The position numbers and the translations under genes were made by a program. A stretch of DNA of 64,000 nt from an uncultured Acidobacteriota bacterium (GTDB lineage Bacteria; Acidobacteriota; Thermoanaerobaculia; Multivoradales; SZUA-115), in the NCBI GenBank assembly GCA_963805975.1, contig CAWDVR010000002.1:160001-224000 (forward strand), in the 5' to 3' direction. This document shows, piece after piece, positions 30,339 through 39,837 of this stretch (its first letter is position 1; each line of letters opens with the position of its first letter). The notes beneath the pieces were generated by a model. It saw nothing but the letters and a program-made list of their open reading frames with translations. It had not been told where the DNA came from and did no database searches.

Positions 30339-32372
30339 ATGACCCGCCCCTCCATCCTGCGTGCTGCCGTCGTGGCGAGCGTTCTCCTCGCCACGGTGGG
30401 CGTGGCCGCGGCCGGCCTGCCCCTGCTGAGCTTCCTGGCCAAGGCCTTCCTGGTCGTCACCCTGCTCGCCTTCCTCACCTGGCTGGCGGCGAAGGCCTAC
30501 CAGGCTTTTCTCTGGAAGGTGGGCCGGCGGCTCACCTTCTCCTACTTCCTGATCGGCGTGGTGCCGATCCCGATGGTGGCGCTCCTCGCCGTCGGCACGG
30601 CCTACGTGCTCTCCACCTTCTTCCTCGGCCACCTCTACCGCGACGCTCTGGCCGATCTCCAGCACGCGCAGACCGAGGTCGCCGACTCCATGCTGGACAC
30701 CTTCGCCGCCCACCAGAAGCCGGGCGCCAGCTCGGCGGAAGGCTTCGCCTTCGACTACTACCGTCAGGGCAAGTGGGTGGGGGGAGCCGGCCTGGCCCCG
30801 GCCGCGTGGCCGGTCTGGCTGACCGCGGCACCGGCGGCGGAGAGCGGTTCGGGAGCGGCGGAGGTCGTCCACTACGTGCGCCGCGGGGAGCGAGCGCCGA
30901 CCCTGGCCGTGGCCGTCGAGCAAGGTGAGCTCGGCGTCGTCGTCACCTTCGAGGACGATGTCGCCGAGACCCTGCGCCGCCGCACCGGTGCCTGGGTGAC
31001 GCTCGACCAGAGCGGTGCCGAAGGCGAGGGGCCGCGCGTCGTCAAGATCGAGGACGAGGAGATCCGCATCCAACGGCGCCGGGGAAAAGGGTTGCGAAAG
31101 CTGCGGGACGACCCCGCCAGGACCGCCTTTTTCGAGGCGCAGGCCAAGGGCGACGGGTGGTGGGACCGGCCGACGATCGTCTGGGTCCAGGTGGCCGGGC
31201 CGGTCTACTCGCTCTCGACCGGCGAGGTGCTGAGCCGCGAGGTGGAGGCCATGGTGCAGGCCACGCCGCGCCTGCTGTCGCGCCAGCTCTTTGCCGTCAG
31301 CTCCGAGCTCAACACCGCTCTGTGGGCGGCGCTCGTGGGCGTGACCTTCGTGCTCTCGACCATCTATCTCTTCGCCGTGCTGGTGGCGCTCTACATGATC
31401 TTCGGCCTGTCGCGGGCCGTGAACCGCCTCTCGGCGGCGACGGGTGCGGTGCAGGCCGGCGATTTCTCCGTGCGCATCCCGGTGGGGCGCACCGACCAAG
31501 TGGGCGAGCTCCAGCGCTCCTTCAACCAGATGGCCTCCAACCTCGAGGGCCTGGTGGCCACCGCGGCGCAGAAGGAGGTGCTCGAAAAGGAGCTCGAGAT
31601 CGCGCGAGAGATCCAGGAGAGCCTGCTGCCCACCGACCTGCCGCAAGGCGAGGGAGTGGAGTTCGCGACCCTGTTCGAGCCCAGCGCGGCGATCGGCGGC
31701 GACTACTTCGACATCCTGCGGCTCGACGACCGGCGGCTGGCGGTGGTGATCGCCGACGTCTCCGGCCACGGCCTGCCCTCGGGGTTGCGCATGGCCATGC
31801 TCAAGGCCGCGCTGCTGATCCTGGTCGAAGAGGGGCAGGAGCCGGAGAGCATCCTCGAGCGGCTCGACCACCTGGTCCGCGCCCACGGCGGCCAGCGCTT
31901 CTTCGTCACCGCCACCCTGTCGCTGATCGACCTCGAGCTCGGCCGCCTGGACCTGACCAACGCCGGCCACCCGCCGACCTATCTGCTGCGCGGAGGTGAG
32001 GTGCAGGAGATCGCCCTTCCCGGCACGCCGCTCGGCCGGCTGGGCCGCAACTATGGCCGGGGCTCTTACCCTCTCGAGCCCGGCGACCTCGTGGTCTGGC
32101 TCTCCGACGGCTTCATCGAGGCGCTAGGCCCGGCCGGGGAGCCGTTCGGCTACGAGCGGCTGCTCGCGGCGTTGCGAGGCCCGGCGGCGAGCGCGGTCGC
32201 GGTGCGCACCCAGCTTCTGGCCGCGGTCGAGGCACACGCCCAGGGCGTGCCCGCGGACGACGACCGCACGCTGGTGGTGATGCACTACCGGGCGCCGGCG
32301 GCGACGACCGTGGAGGCGGGGGCCGGCGAGCCGGAGCCACCGCCCGGTCCGGAGAGGCCGAGCAGACCGTAG
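30339..32372 (+). CDS. Membrane SpoIIE/RsbU-type PP2C phosphatase with HAMP domain
   Basis: TM helices, HAMP (DQVGELQRSFNQM), IAREIQ, GGDYFD, IADVSGHG, NAGH, SDG, DDRT. Confidence 0.92.
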   Translation: MTRPSILRAAVVASVLLATVGVAAAGLPLLSFLAKAFLVVTLLAFLTWLAAKAYQAFLWKVGRRLTFSYFLIGVVPIPMVALLAVGTAYVLSTFFLGHLYRDALADLQHAQTEVADSMLDTFAAHQKPGASSAEGFAFDYYRQGKWVGGAGLAPAAWPVWLTAAPAAESGSGAAEVVHYVRRGERAPTLAVAVEQGELGVVVTFEDDVAETLRRRTGAWVTLDQSGAEGEGPRVVKIEDEEIRIQRRRGKGLRKLRDDPARTAFFEAQAKGDGWWDRPTIVWVQVAGPVYSLSTGEVLSREVEAMVQATPRLLSRQLFAVSSELNTALWAALVGVTFVLSTIYLFAVLVALYMIFGLSRAVNRLSAATGAVQAGDFSVRIPVGRTDQVGELQRSFNQMASNLEGLVATAAQKEVLEKELEIAREIQESLLPTDLPQGEGVEFATLFEPSAAIGGDYFDILRLDDRRLAVVIADVSGHGLPSGLRMAMLKAALLILVEEGQEPESILERLDHLVRAHGGQRFFVTATLSLIDLELGRLDLTNAGHPPTYLLRGGEVQEIALPGTPLGRLGRNYGRGSYPLEPGDLVVWLSDGFIEALGPAGEPFGYERLLAALRGPAASAVAVRTQLLAAVEAHAQGVPADDDRTLVVMHYRAPAATTVEAGAGEPEPPPGPERPSRP

Positions 32373-33043
32373 ATGCGCTGCACGTAGTTGCGGGTCTCAC
32401 GGTACGGCGGCACGCCGCGGTAGCGGTCCACCGTGCCCTCGCCGGCGTTGTAGGCAGCGAGCGCGAAGTCGAGATTGGGCTCGTAGCGGTCCAGGAGCCA
32501 GCGCAGGTAGGTGGCACCGGCCTCGAGGTTGCGCTTGGGATTGTGGATCTCCGAGCGGCCGACCCCGAAGCGGCTGGCGGTGGCCGGCATGAGCTGCATC
32601 AGGCCGCGGGCACCCTTGGGCGAGACGGCACGGCTCTGGAAGTTGGACTCGGTCTTGACCACGGCCGCCACCAGTGCCGGGTTGAGGGAATGGCGCCGCG
32701 CCGTCTCGAAGATCAGGTCGCCGTAGGGGGTGTAGGGCACGTCGTGGCCCTCCGCGAAGCGCCACGAGAAGGCCGGGGCCAGGGGCGCAGCCTCGGAGGG
32801 GGCCGGGGCCGGCTCCTCCCGAAACGGCACCTCGTCGGCCACCACGCGCTCGATGCGCAGCAGGGCGAGGGTCAGGCGCCCGCCGGAAGGCAGCGTCAGG
32901 CGCACCTGGTCGTCGTTGATGATCTCGAAGGATCGAACCTTGAAGAACTGGCCGTCGTCGAGCACCACCAGATCGCCATGGGCCGCGGATGCGCACACGA
33001 GCCCTATCAGGGCAGGAGAAAGCCAGCGGGCGAGGGGCGCCAT
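32285..33043 (-). CDS. Lytic transglycosylase (SLT domain)
   Basis: ES catalytic motif, AVSPKGARGLMQLMP, AAYNAG, GVPPYRET. Confidence 0.93.
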   Translation of the reverse strand: MAPLARWLSPALIGLVCASAAHGDLVVLDDGQFFKVRSFEIINDDQVRLTLPSGGRLTLALLRIERVVADEVPFREEPAPAPSEAAPLAPAFSWRFAEGHDVPYTPYGDLIFETARRHSLNPALVAAVVKTESNFQSRAVSPKGARGLMQLMPATASRFGVGRSEIHNPKRNLEAGATYLRWLLDRYEPNLDFALAAYNAGEGTVDRYRGVPPYRETRNYVQRIYGLLGLSGPGGGSGSPAPASTVVAAGAR

Positions 33044-33088
33044 ACGGGACAGTCTACGCGACTCGAGGCCCGAGCGTCCAAGAGCACC

Positions 33089-34003
33089 CTACGACCGGGG
33101 GTGAAAACGATCATAGAGATTACGAAGACGCTGCTGGTGGATGTGGGTGTAGATCTGCGTGGTGGTGATGTCGGCGTGGCCGAGCATCATCTGCACGGCC
33201 CGCAGATCGGCGCCGTGCTCGAGCAGGTGGGTGGCGAAGCTGTGGCGCAGCACGTGTGGGTGCAACCCGGCAATGCCGATCCGCCGGCCGTAGGCGGCGA
33301 GGATCTTCCAGAACCCCTGGCGCGTCATCGGGTCGCCGAAGCGGTTCACGAACACCACCTCGTGCCGGCCGCGGGCGAGCCGAGGCCGCACCTCCGCGAG
33401 GTAGCGCGCGATCCAGCCCTCCGCCGCCTCCCCCACCGGCACGACGCGCTCCTTCGCGCCCTTGCCGAAGGCGACGAGGAAGCCGGCATCGAGCCGGAGC
33501 TGGGGCAGCGAAAGGCCCACCAGCTCGCTGACCCGCAGGCCGGCGGCGTAGAGCAGCTCGAGCATCGCCTTGTCGCGCAGCCCGAGCGGCGTCGCGAGAT
33601 CCGGCGCCGCCAGCAGGGCCTCGACCTGGGTCTCGGAAAGGACCGTCGGCAGGTGATGGACGAGGCGCGGCGGCAGGAGGTTCACGGCCGGGTCGTCCGG
33701 ACGATCGCCGGCCGCCACCAGGTGGGCGTAGAAGCCGCGCACCGAGGCCAGCGCGCGGGTGACGCTCCGCGGTGCCAGCCCCCGCTGGCGCAGCGCGCGC
33801 AGGTGCGCGGAGAGGGCCGCGGCGTCTGCCGCCAGGAGGTCGGTGCCGGCTTTGGTCAGACCTTCAGCAAGCTGTAGGAGGTCGCTGCGGTACGCTGCCA
33901 GCGTGTGGGGCGACAGTCCGCGCTCCACGGCGAGCGAGTCGAGATAGCGGTCGAGAGCACGCCGCCAGGCGGGGGCCGGAGGTGTTGGGTTCGGCGAAGT
34001 CAT
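33089..34003 (-). CDS. xerD: Tyrosine recombinase XerD
   Basis: GLRVSEL, GKGAKER, TRQGFW, PHVLRHSFATHLL..GADLRAVQMMLGHADITTTQIYTH. Confidence 0.93.
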   Translation of the reverse strand: MTSPNPTPPAPAWRRALDRYLDSLAVERGLSPHTLAAYRSDLLQLAEGLTKAGTDLLAADAAALSAHLRALRQRGLAPRSVTRALASVRGFYAHLVAAGDRPDDPAVNLLPPRLVHHLPTVLSETQVEALLAAPDLATPLGLRDKAMLELLYAAGLRVSELVGLSLPQLRLDAGFLVAFGKGAKERVVPVGEAAEGWIARYLAEVRPRLARGRHEVVFVNRFGDPMTRQGFWKILAAYGRRIGIAGLHPHVLRHSFATHLLEHGADLRAVQMMLGHADITTTQIYTHIHQQRLRNLYDRFHPRS

Positions 34004-34037
34004 CGGCACTGTAGGGCGACCGGCCGTCGCCCCTACC

Positions 34038-35288
34038 TCATCCACTCAGCGCCGTGGCGTACGTCTGGCAGAGGCCCAGGATCTCCTCCTCGTCGAGCAC
34101 CCTCTCCGACGCCTTGGCGCGCAAGAAGATCGCCGCCACCAGCTCCGGCGTGGGCGGGAGGCCGCGGTCCTTCAGCCAGAAGATGACGTTCGACTCGCCG
34201 CTCATCGGCCCCACCTCGATCTCCTGGCGGCGGCCGACCAGGCTCGCCGGCACCCCGGAGTAGATGCGGTCGGCCAGCCAGTCGTCACCCTTGGCCCGCG
34301 CCTTGATGATCGCCGCCGCGTGTACGCCGGTGCCGGTGCGGAAGGCGTCGCGGCCGATCACCGGGTAGTTGTCCGGCAGCGGCACGCCGGTAGTCTCCGC
34401 CACCCGGTGGCAATACTCGGGGAGCTTCCTGAGGTCGCGGTCCCCCCAGCCCAGGAGCTGGAGGTTGACCAGCAGCAGGTCCATGGGTGCGTTGCCCACC
34501 CGCTCGCCGATCCCCAGCGCCGTGGCGTGCAGGCGATCCGCACCGGCCGCGGCGGCGGCCAGGCAGTTGGCGATCGACAGGCCGCGGTCGCGGTGGCCGT
34601 GCCAGTCCACTTGGACGCCGTCCGCGATGCCGTCCACCACGCCGCGAATGAAGCGCACCAGGTGGCCGGCCCCGGTGGGCGTGGCATGGCCCACCGTGTC
34701 GGCGATCACCACCCGCCGGGCCCCGGCGCGGACCGCAGCGCCGTAGAGCCGCGCGAGGTCGTCGGGCTTGGCGCGTGTCGTGTCCTCGGTCACGTACATC
34801 ACCGGCAGGTTGGCGCGCACGCCGAGCTCGACCGCGGCCTCGGTCAGCGCGAGCAGGCGGTCCATGTCCCAGCCCTCGGCGTACTGGCGGATGGGGCTCG
34901 AGCCCAGGAAGCAGGCGACCTCGATCGCCACTCCCACCCGCTGCGAGATCTCGATCACCGGCTCGATGTCCGCCGCCAGCGTGCGCGCCGCGCAGTTGAG
35001 CTGCAAAGGGAGCCTGCCGTCGACCACCTCGCGCGCCAGCCGCTCGACGTCGCGCACCACGTGCTGCCCGGCGCCGGGCAGCCCGATGTTGGCGGACTCG
35101 ATGCCGAGGTCCACCATCAGATGCAGGATGGCGAGCTTGTCCTCGATCGAAGGGGTGCGGACCGACGGCGACTGCAAGCCGTCGCGGAGCGTCTCGTCGT
35201 TGAGCTCGACGCGGCCACGGGCGGGGAAGAGATCGTCACCCGCCGCGCGGTTCCAGTCGTAGATCAGATCGCTCTCTTCGAAGGCCAT
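34038..35288 (-). CDS. LeuA-family (isopropylmalate/homocitrate synthase-like) DRE-TIM enzyme without regulatory domain
   Basis: DETLRDGLQ, ADTVG, WHGHRDRG, GIGERVGN, GVH. 416 aa. Confidence 0.85.
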   Translation of the reverse strand: MAFEESDLIYDWNRAAGDDLFPARGRVELNDETLRDGLQSPSVRTPSIEDKLAILHLMVDLGIESANIGLPGAGQHVVRDVERLAREVVDGRLPLQLNCAARTLAADIEPVIEISQRVGVAIEVACFLGSSPIRQYAEGWDMDRLLALTEAAVELGVRANLPVMYVTEDTTRAKPDDLARLYGAAVRAGARRVVIADTVGHATPTGAGHLVRFIRGVVDGIADGVQVDWHGHRDRGLSIANCLAAAAAGADRLHATALGIGERVGNAPMDLLLVNLQLLGWGDRDLRKLPEYCHRVAETTGVPLPDNYPVIGRDAFRTGTGVHAAAIIKARAKGDDWLADRIYSGVPASLVGRRQEIEVGPMSGESNVIFWLKDRGLPPTPELVAAIFLRAKASERVLDEEEILGLCQTYATALSG

Positions 35289-35320
35289 GGCATCCTCTCC
35301 GGCTCGCGAAACGGCCAGCT

Positions 35321-36487
35321 TTGGATTATAAGGTGCGGGTGCTGACCACCATCGAGACGGCCGGCTGCCTGGTGCTGGGCGGCGGCGTGGCCGGCGCCGC
35401 GGCGGCCTGGGCGATCGCCAAGCGCGGCGAGAACGTGCTGCTGGTCGAGCAGTTCGAGCCCGGCCACACGCGCGGCAGCTCGCACGGCGACGGCCGCATC
35501 TTCCGCTTCTCCTATCCCGAGCCCGTCTACGTCGAGATGGCGCGCCGGGCCCTCGCCGGCTGGCGCGAGCTCGAGCGCACGACCGAGGAGCCTCTCCTCC
35601 ACCTCTGCGGCAACTGGGACTGCGGGCCCCTGGGCAGCCCGGAGCTCGAGGCCGTCGAGCGCAACCTGCGGGCCGCCGGGGTCGCCTGCGAGCGCCTGTC
35701 GGCCGCGGAGTCCAACGACCGCTTCCCGCTCTTCCACGTGCCCCCGGGCTCGGAAGCGCTCTACCAGCCCGAGGGCGGCGTGCTCTACGCCCGGCGCGCC
35801 ATGACCGCGCTGTGGGACGCGGCCCAGGCCGCGGGCGCCCGGGTAGTGACCGGTGAGCCCATCCTGGGCATCGAGGCCGGCAGCCACGGCGCGGAGCTGG
35901 TGGCCCGCGGCGGCCGGCGCTACCGCGCGCCGCGGCTGGTGGTGGCCGCCGGCGGCTGGAGCGCCAGCCTCCTCGCCGCTCTCGATCTGCCGCTACCGCT
36001 CCAGGTGACGCGCGAGCTCGTCGCCTATTTCGCGCCGTGCAACGAGGTCGATCACGGCCCCGGCCGGATGCCGACCGCGATCGACCATCACCAGCCCGAC
36101 ACCTTCTACGCCCTCCCCGCGCTGGAGGTCCCCGGGGTCAAGATCGGCTGGCACCGCGCCGGCCGGCCGATCGAGCACCCGGACGAGCCCGCGGCCCTCG
36201 ACCGCGACAACCTCGCCGCCGTCGAGGCGTTCTCCCAGGAGCGCTTCCGCCACCTCCACCCCCGCCCGCTCGAGATCTCCCACTGCCTCTACACCCTCAC
36301 TCCCGACCACCACTTCATCCTCGACCGCCACCCCACCGAGCCCACCCTCGCCCTCGCCGCCGGCCTCTCCGGCCACGGCTTCAAGTTCGGCCCGGCCCTG
36401 GGCGAGGTCCTGGCCGCGCTGGTGTTCGGCGAGGACGTACCGTTGCCGATCGGGATGTTCGGGGTGGGCAGGTTTGGCCCCACCTAG
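35321..36487 (+). CDS. FAD-dependent oxidoreductase, sarcosine/N-methyltryptophan oxidase family
   Basis: GGGVAG, GSSHGDGRI, CLYT (covalent-FAD Cys position), SGHGFKFGP. Start uncertain. Confidence 0.9.
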   Translation: MDYKVRVLTTIETAGCLVLGGGVAGAAAAWAIAKRGENVLLVEQFEPGHTRGSSHGDGRIFRFSYPEPVYVEMARRALAGWRELERTTEEPLLHLCGNWDCGPLGSPELEAVERNLRAAGVACERLSAAESNDRFPLFHVPPGSEALYQPEGGVLYARRAMTALWDAAQAAGARVVTGEPILGIEAGSHGAELVARGGRRYRAPRLVVAAGGWSASLLAALDLPLPLQVTRELVAYFAPCNEVDHGPGRMPTAIDHHQPDTFYALPALEVPGVKIGWHRAGRPIEHPDEPAALDRDNLAAVEAFSQERFRHLHPRPLEISHCLYTLTPDHHFILDRHPTEPTLALAAGLSGHGFKFGPALGEVLAALVFGEDVPLPIGMFGVGRFGPT

Positions 36488-36516
36488 AGTCCGGCTGCGC
36501 TCCGGTTCCCCGCCCG

Positions 36517-39324
36517 TCAGGCGCCGGCAGTGATCAGCGGTGAGAGCCCCCTCATGAACAGCAACAAGGACTGGAAGGCCTCGGCCGCGGTGAGCACCGC
36601 CGCCTCGACCAGCGGACCCAGCATGGCGAGCAGGTAGACCAACAGCGCCAGCAGCAGGATGAATAAGAACACCAGCACCAACCCACGCGCCCAGCTCGGC
36701 TCCTTGGCCGGCACACAGTCGGCGAGGCCACCGCCATTAGCGCCGCCGGAGATCAGGTAGGCACCGGCGCCGGTCGCCTCGTCCCGCACGATGTAGCCCA
36801 CGCCCTTCCACGGGCCGGTGTCGATCTCGCGTTCCGAGATCATCACGGACTTGCCCAGGCTGACCGCGGTCTGAACGTCCTGCTCGACCTCCTCGGGCAG
36901 CTCGAGCAGGGGCAGGGCCGCCGCCGCGTTGGCCGAGGTGATGCGGTAGATCGGAACGTCGAGCGCGATGGCGTCGGAGAGCAGTTGCATGGCCGAAATG
37001 CCCCGGATGCTCGGCGCCTCCCGGTTCTCGAGCTGGTCGAACACCGAGCCTTCGAGGTACGAGCTGGCCGCTCCGGCCTGCTTGACGAACGCCACGACCT
37101 TGACCGCGTCCGCACCGGCCACGGCGAGGAGCGACCGTCGCACGTCCATGGCGCGGCCGGAGTACACCGCCGAGCGGGGCGCGCCGAAGAGGTACGAGAC
37201 CGAGAGCGGCGAGCTGAAGAGACCCACAGACGGCAGCCGCGCCACGCGCACTCCCAGGGACCGTGCCGAGATCTCCGCCAGATAGTCGCTCTCCGCCCAG
37301 TAGTGGAGGGCCACCTGGTGGTAGTACTCCCCGGCGGCCTCGACCGGATGGTCGGCGAAGCGCTTCTCGATCACCTGGCGATTGATGCCGTTGCCGGTGA
37401 CGCCCAGCACGATCTCGTCGCCGGCGATCACCGAGTACGACAGGGTCTCGGGACTGGCGGGCCCGTCGAGTCGAACGTCGAGCAGGAGCTCGCCGCCCAT
37501 CCGCAGGCTGCCGCCCCGCGCGAGCTCGGCATCGTCCAGCCGCACTACCGGCACCACGTTGACCAGATAGACCGGCAGGGACGCCGCGCCACCCTCTCGC
37601 GCGGCAGCCAGGACGGCCGCGTCCGCGGGCGTGGCAGGCTCGAAGGTGAGCCCCAGCCTCCCGCTGCCGAGCCGTGGCAGGCTGAGCTCCGCCGCAACCA
37701 CCGCGTCACCCGACGCGCGGTCCGCCTCGGAGGCGAAGGCCGAGATCCGCACTCCATGACGCAGGCTCGCAGGCCAGGCGCTGGTAGCCGCGGAGCGCTC
37801 GACCACCCGGTAGGGCAGCGAACCCGGCAGCACGCCGAGCGTTCTTGCCGTGATGGAAGGTCCACCCAACAGACCGTCCAAAGTCTGCTCGAGGCCGTGG
37901 GAAAAGGCGTAGTCGTCCACCTCGACGACCCAGGTGCTCAAGCGCTCATCGATCACGTCGTCGTCGACGTTGGTGATCCGGCCCAGGGACTCGTCGACCT
38001 CGAAGAGCTGGTCACCCGGCTGGACCAGCGGCGGCGGCGGAACGTCGCTGAAAACCGCCGCGCGAGGCCGAAAGGTGTGCTGCTTGAACGACGCATCCAG
38101 GGCAAGCCAGGTGTCGGCGCTTTCCACGGCCGTACCGCGACCCGGAACGAAGTTCACCAGAGCCTCGACCCAGACATGCTCGATGCGCAGATGGGTGACG
38201 ACGCCCTGCGCGACCAGGCCCACGGTCTCGACGCCGCCCTGCCCGAGGAGCTGCTGCGCCACTTCGAGGTCGGCCGCACCGCCGACCCAATTGACCACCT
38301 GGGCCGAGGGTACCTCGACGGTCCCGCGCACATAACGGCTGGGAATGCCGGCGGCGCGCAGCAGGGCGATCAGCAGGCTCGCCGTGTCGGTGGCGTTGCC
38401 ACGACGCGCATCCAGGGTGAGCTGCGAGCCCTGCACCGAGCCGCCGGTCGGCACGTAGTCGATGTGGTTCCTGACCCAGTTGTAGATCTCGAGGGGCCGG
38501 TTGCCGAGGGAGGCGGCAAGAGCCTGGATCTCGGGAGTGATCTGCACCTCCTCGGTCGGCTCGAGGTCGCTGGCGTCGACGGCCCGTGCCGGCGAGAGCT
38601 GCGCCGTGGACGAGGTCTCGAGCCTGGCCCGCTCCGCCGCCCTGCGGGTCAGCCTCGTAGCCACACCCGGCGTGGCGCTGCGGAAGGGCAGGCGATCCGC
38701 CTGGAGCCGCTGCCAGGGCCGCTCCGCATGAGAGCCGGCCAGCCCGGAAGCCGCTCGACGCAGTGCCGCGTCACCACCGTCCTTCGCCGTCTCGAGCTGC
38801 TGGCGCACCTGGGCCATCGCCGCGCGATAGTCGGCCACGGCCCGTGCGTGCCGGGCCAGGATCTCGGACGGCAGGCGCGCGGTGCGCAGCCATTTCTCCT
38901 CCTCGGCGAACTCGGCGAGAGCTCGTCGATCGAGATCGGCCGCTCGAACCGCGATCTGGTCGAGGCTCGCCGCCTGGCTTCCGACCCCAGCGTTCGAAGT
39001 CGTCAGCCGCTCGAGCTCCCGGCCCAGAGCGCCGAGATCGCGGCCCACGTCGAGAGCTCGCGGAGAGCCGACGGTGGGCACCTTCGAGGGTCGAGGAGCC
39101 GCTGCCGTCGCCTCCAGCCGCTCGGCCGCCCGGCGAAGCTGGTCCTTCTCCTCGGGAGAGAGCGCGAGCCGAGGCTCGTCGATCCAGCGGCGCAGCATCT
39201 GCGCCGGGTTCTTGGCGGCAGCCCGGTTCTCGGCCCAAGCAGTGCCGCCGCAGGTGGTGAAGACAAAGGAGAGAAGGGTCGCGATCGCCGTCCTCGCCTG
39301 CGTACTCGTTCGTCGGGTTCGCAT
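36517..39324 (-). CDS. Large secreted transglutaminase-like protein lacking the catalytic Cys, with a hydrophobic C-terminus
   Basis: IYNWVRNHI.Y, GNATDTASLLIALLRAAGIPSRYV (Ala at the Cys position), HVWVE, W..LD.SFK. GAGAYLISGGANGG is followed by a TM segment. Confidence 0.8.
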   Translation of the reverse strand: MRTRRTSTQARTAIATLLSFVFTTCGGTAWAENRAAAKNPAQMLRRWIDEPRLALSPEEKDQLRRAAERLEATAAAPRPSKVPTVGSPRALDVGRDLGALGRELERLTTSNAGVGSQAASLDQIAVRAADLDRRALAEFAEEEKWLRTARLPSEILARHARAVADYRAAMAQVRQQLETAKDGGDAALRRAASGLAGSHAERPWQRLQADRLPFRSATPGVATRLTRRAAERARLETSSTAQLSPARAVDASDLEPTEEVQITPEIQALAASLGNRPLEIYNWVRNHIDYVPTGGSVQGSQLTLDARRGNATDTASLLIALLRAAGIPSRYVRGTVEVPSAQVVNWVGGAADLEVAQQLLGQGGVETVGLVAQGVVTHLRIEHVWVEALVNFVPGRGTAVESADTWLALDASFKQHTFRPRAAVFSDVPPPPLVQPGDQLFEVDESLGRITNVDDDVIDERLSTWVVEVDDYAFSHGLEQTLDGLLGGPSITARTLGVLPGSLPYRVVERSAATSAWPASLRHGVRISAFASEADRASGDAVVAAELSLPRLGSGRLGLTFEPATPADAAVLAAAREGGAASLPVYLVNVVPVVRLDDAELARGGSLRMGGELLLDVRLDGPASPETLSYSVIAGDEIVLGVTGNGINRQVIEKRFADHPVEAAGEYYHQVALHYWAESDYLAEISARSLGVRVARLPSVGLFSSPLSVSYLFGAPRSAVYSGRAMDVRRSLLAVAGADAVKVVAFVKQAGAASSYLEGSVFDQLENREAPSIRGISAMQLLSDAIALDVPIYRITSANAAAALPLLELPEEVEQDVQTAVSLGKSVMISEREIDTGPWKGVGYIVRDEATGAGAYLISGGANGGGLADCVPAKEPSWARGLVLVFLFILLLALLVYLLAMLGPLVEAAVLTAAEAFQSLLLFMRGLSPLITAGA

Positions 39325-39394
39325 GAAAATCCTCATTTCGTCCTGATGTGCGTAAGGCGAGGCTGCCGCCGTCCGGATGGATCTCGCACCGGTG

Positions 39395-39817
39395 TCAATC
39401 GCAAGGGTCCCCACAGTTCAAGGCGATGGTGACCTCACAGGCCGTGATCTCCGCACTCTCAAGTGTCACCTGATACCTGTGGCCAGAATTGCCGCCGCTC
39501 CAGCAGGCGAAGTTGATCTCGATGCGAGCGTTCATACAGGCTCGCCAATCCTCCTTGGCCTCCTCCAGGCCCTGGCAGTCATTCGGCGGCAGGTCCGCGC
39601 ATTTCGGCGGACTACTGCCAGGGCCGTTGGGCTTGCAGAAGAACTCGACCTCGTCTTGTAGAGTGATACACATCTCGACCGGGCAGGTCCGCCCGGTCTC
39701 GCTCGCCGGACGTTCGCACACCCGCTCCGCCGAGGCGTCCAAGGCCGTCAGTGCAAGGACCCACAGTGCCGCGTGCAGGGCGGCACCAAGTCCTGTCGTC
39801 ATCCGTGGTCTCGTCAT
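39395..39817 (-). CDS. Small secreted Cys-rich protein with Ntox16-like toxin domain (140 aa)
   Basis: ATG at 39817 (the track shows it only as the tail of a shadow ORF). Signal peptide, then C..LQDEV...CK...C...C..AR..IN..CW.GGN.GH...C. 11 Cys in total. Confidence 0.72.
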   Translation of the reverse strand: MTRPRMTTGLGAALHAALWVLALTALDASAERVCERPASETGRTCPVEMCITLQDEVEFFCKPNGPGSSPPKCADLPPNDCQGLEEAKEDWRACMNARIEINFACWSGGNSGHRYQVTLESAEITACEVTIALNCGDPCD

Positions 39818-39837
39818 GTCGGTCTCCGTCCTTTCCT

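Noticed and set aside
32285-32372. 88-bp convergent overlap of the SpoIIE and SLT genes
   Set aside because: Both overlapping tails are low-complexity extensions, which is common in high-GC genomes.
33089-34003. Tyrosine recombinase as an integrase marking a mobile element
   Set aside because: Its motifs match housekeeping XerD, and no att sites, tRNA or phage genes are seen.
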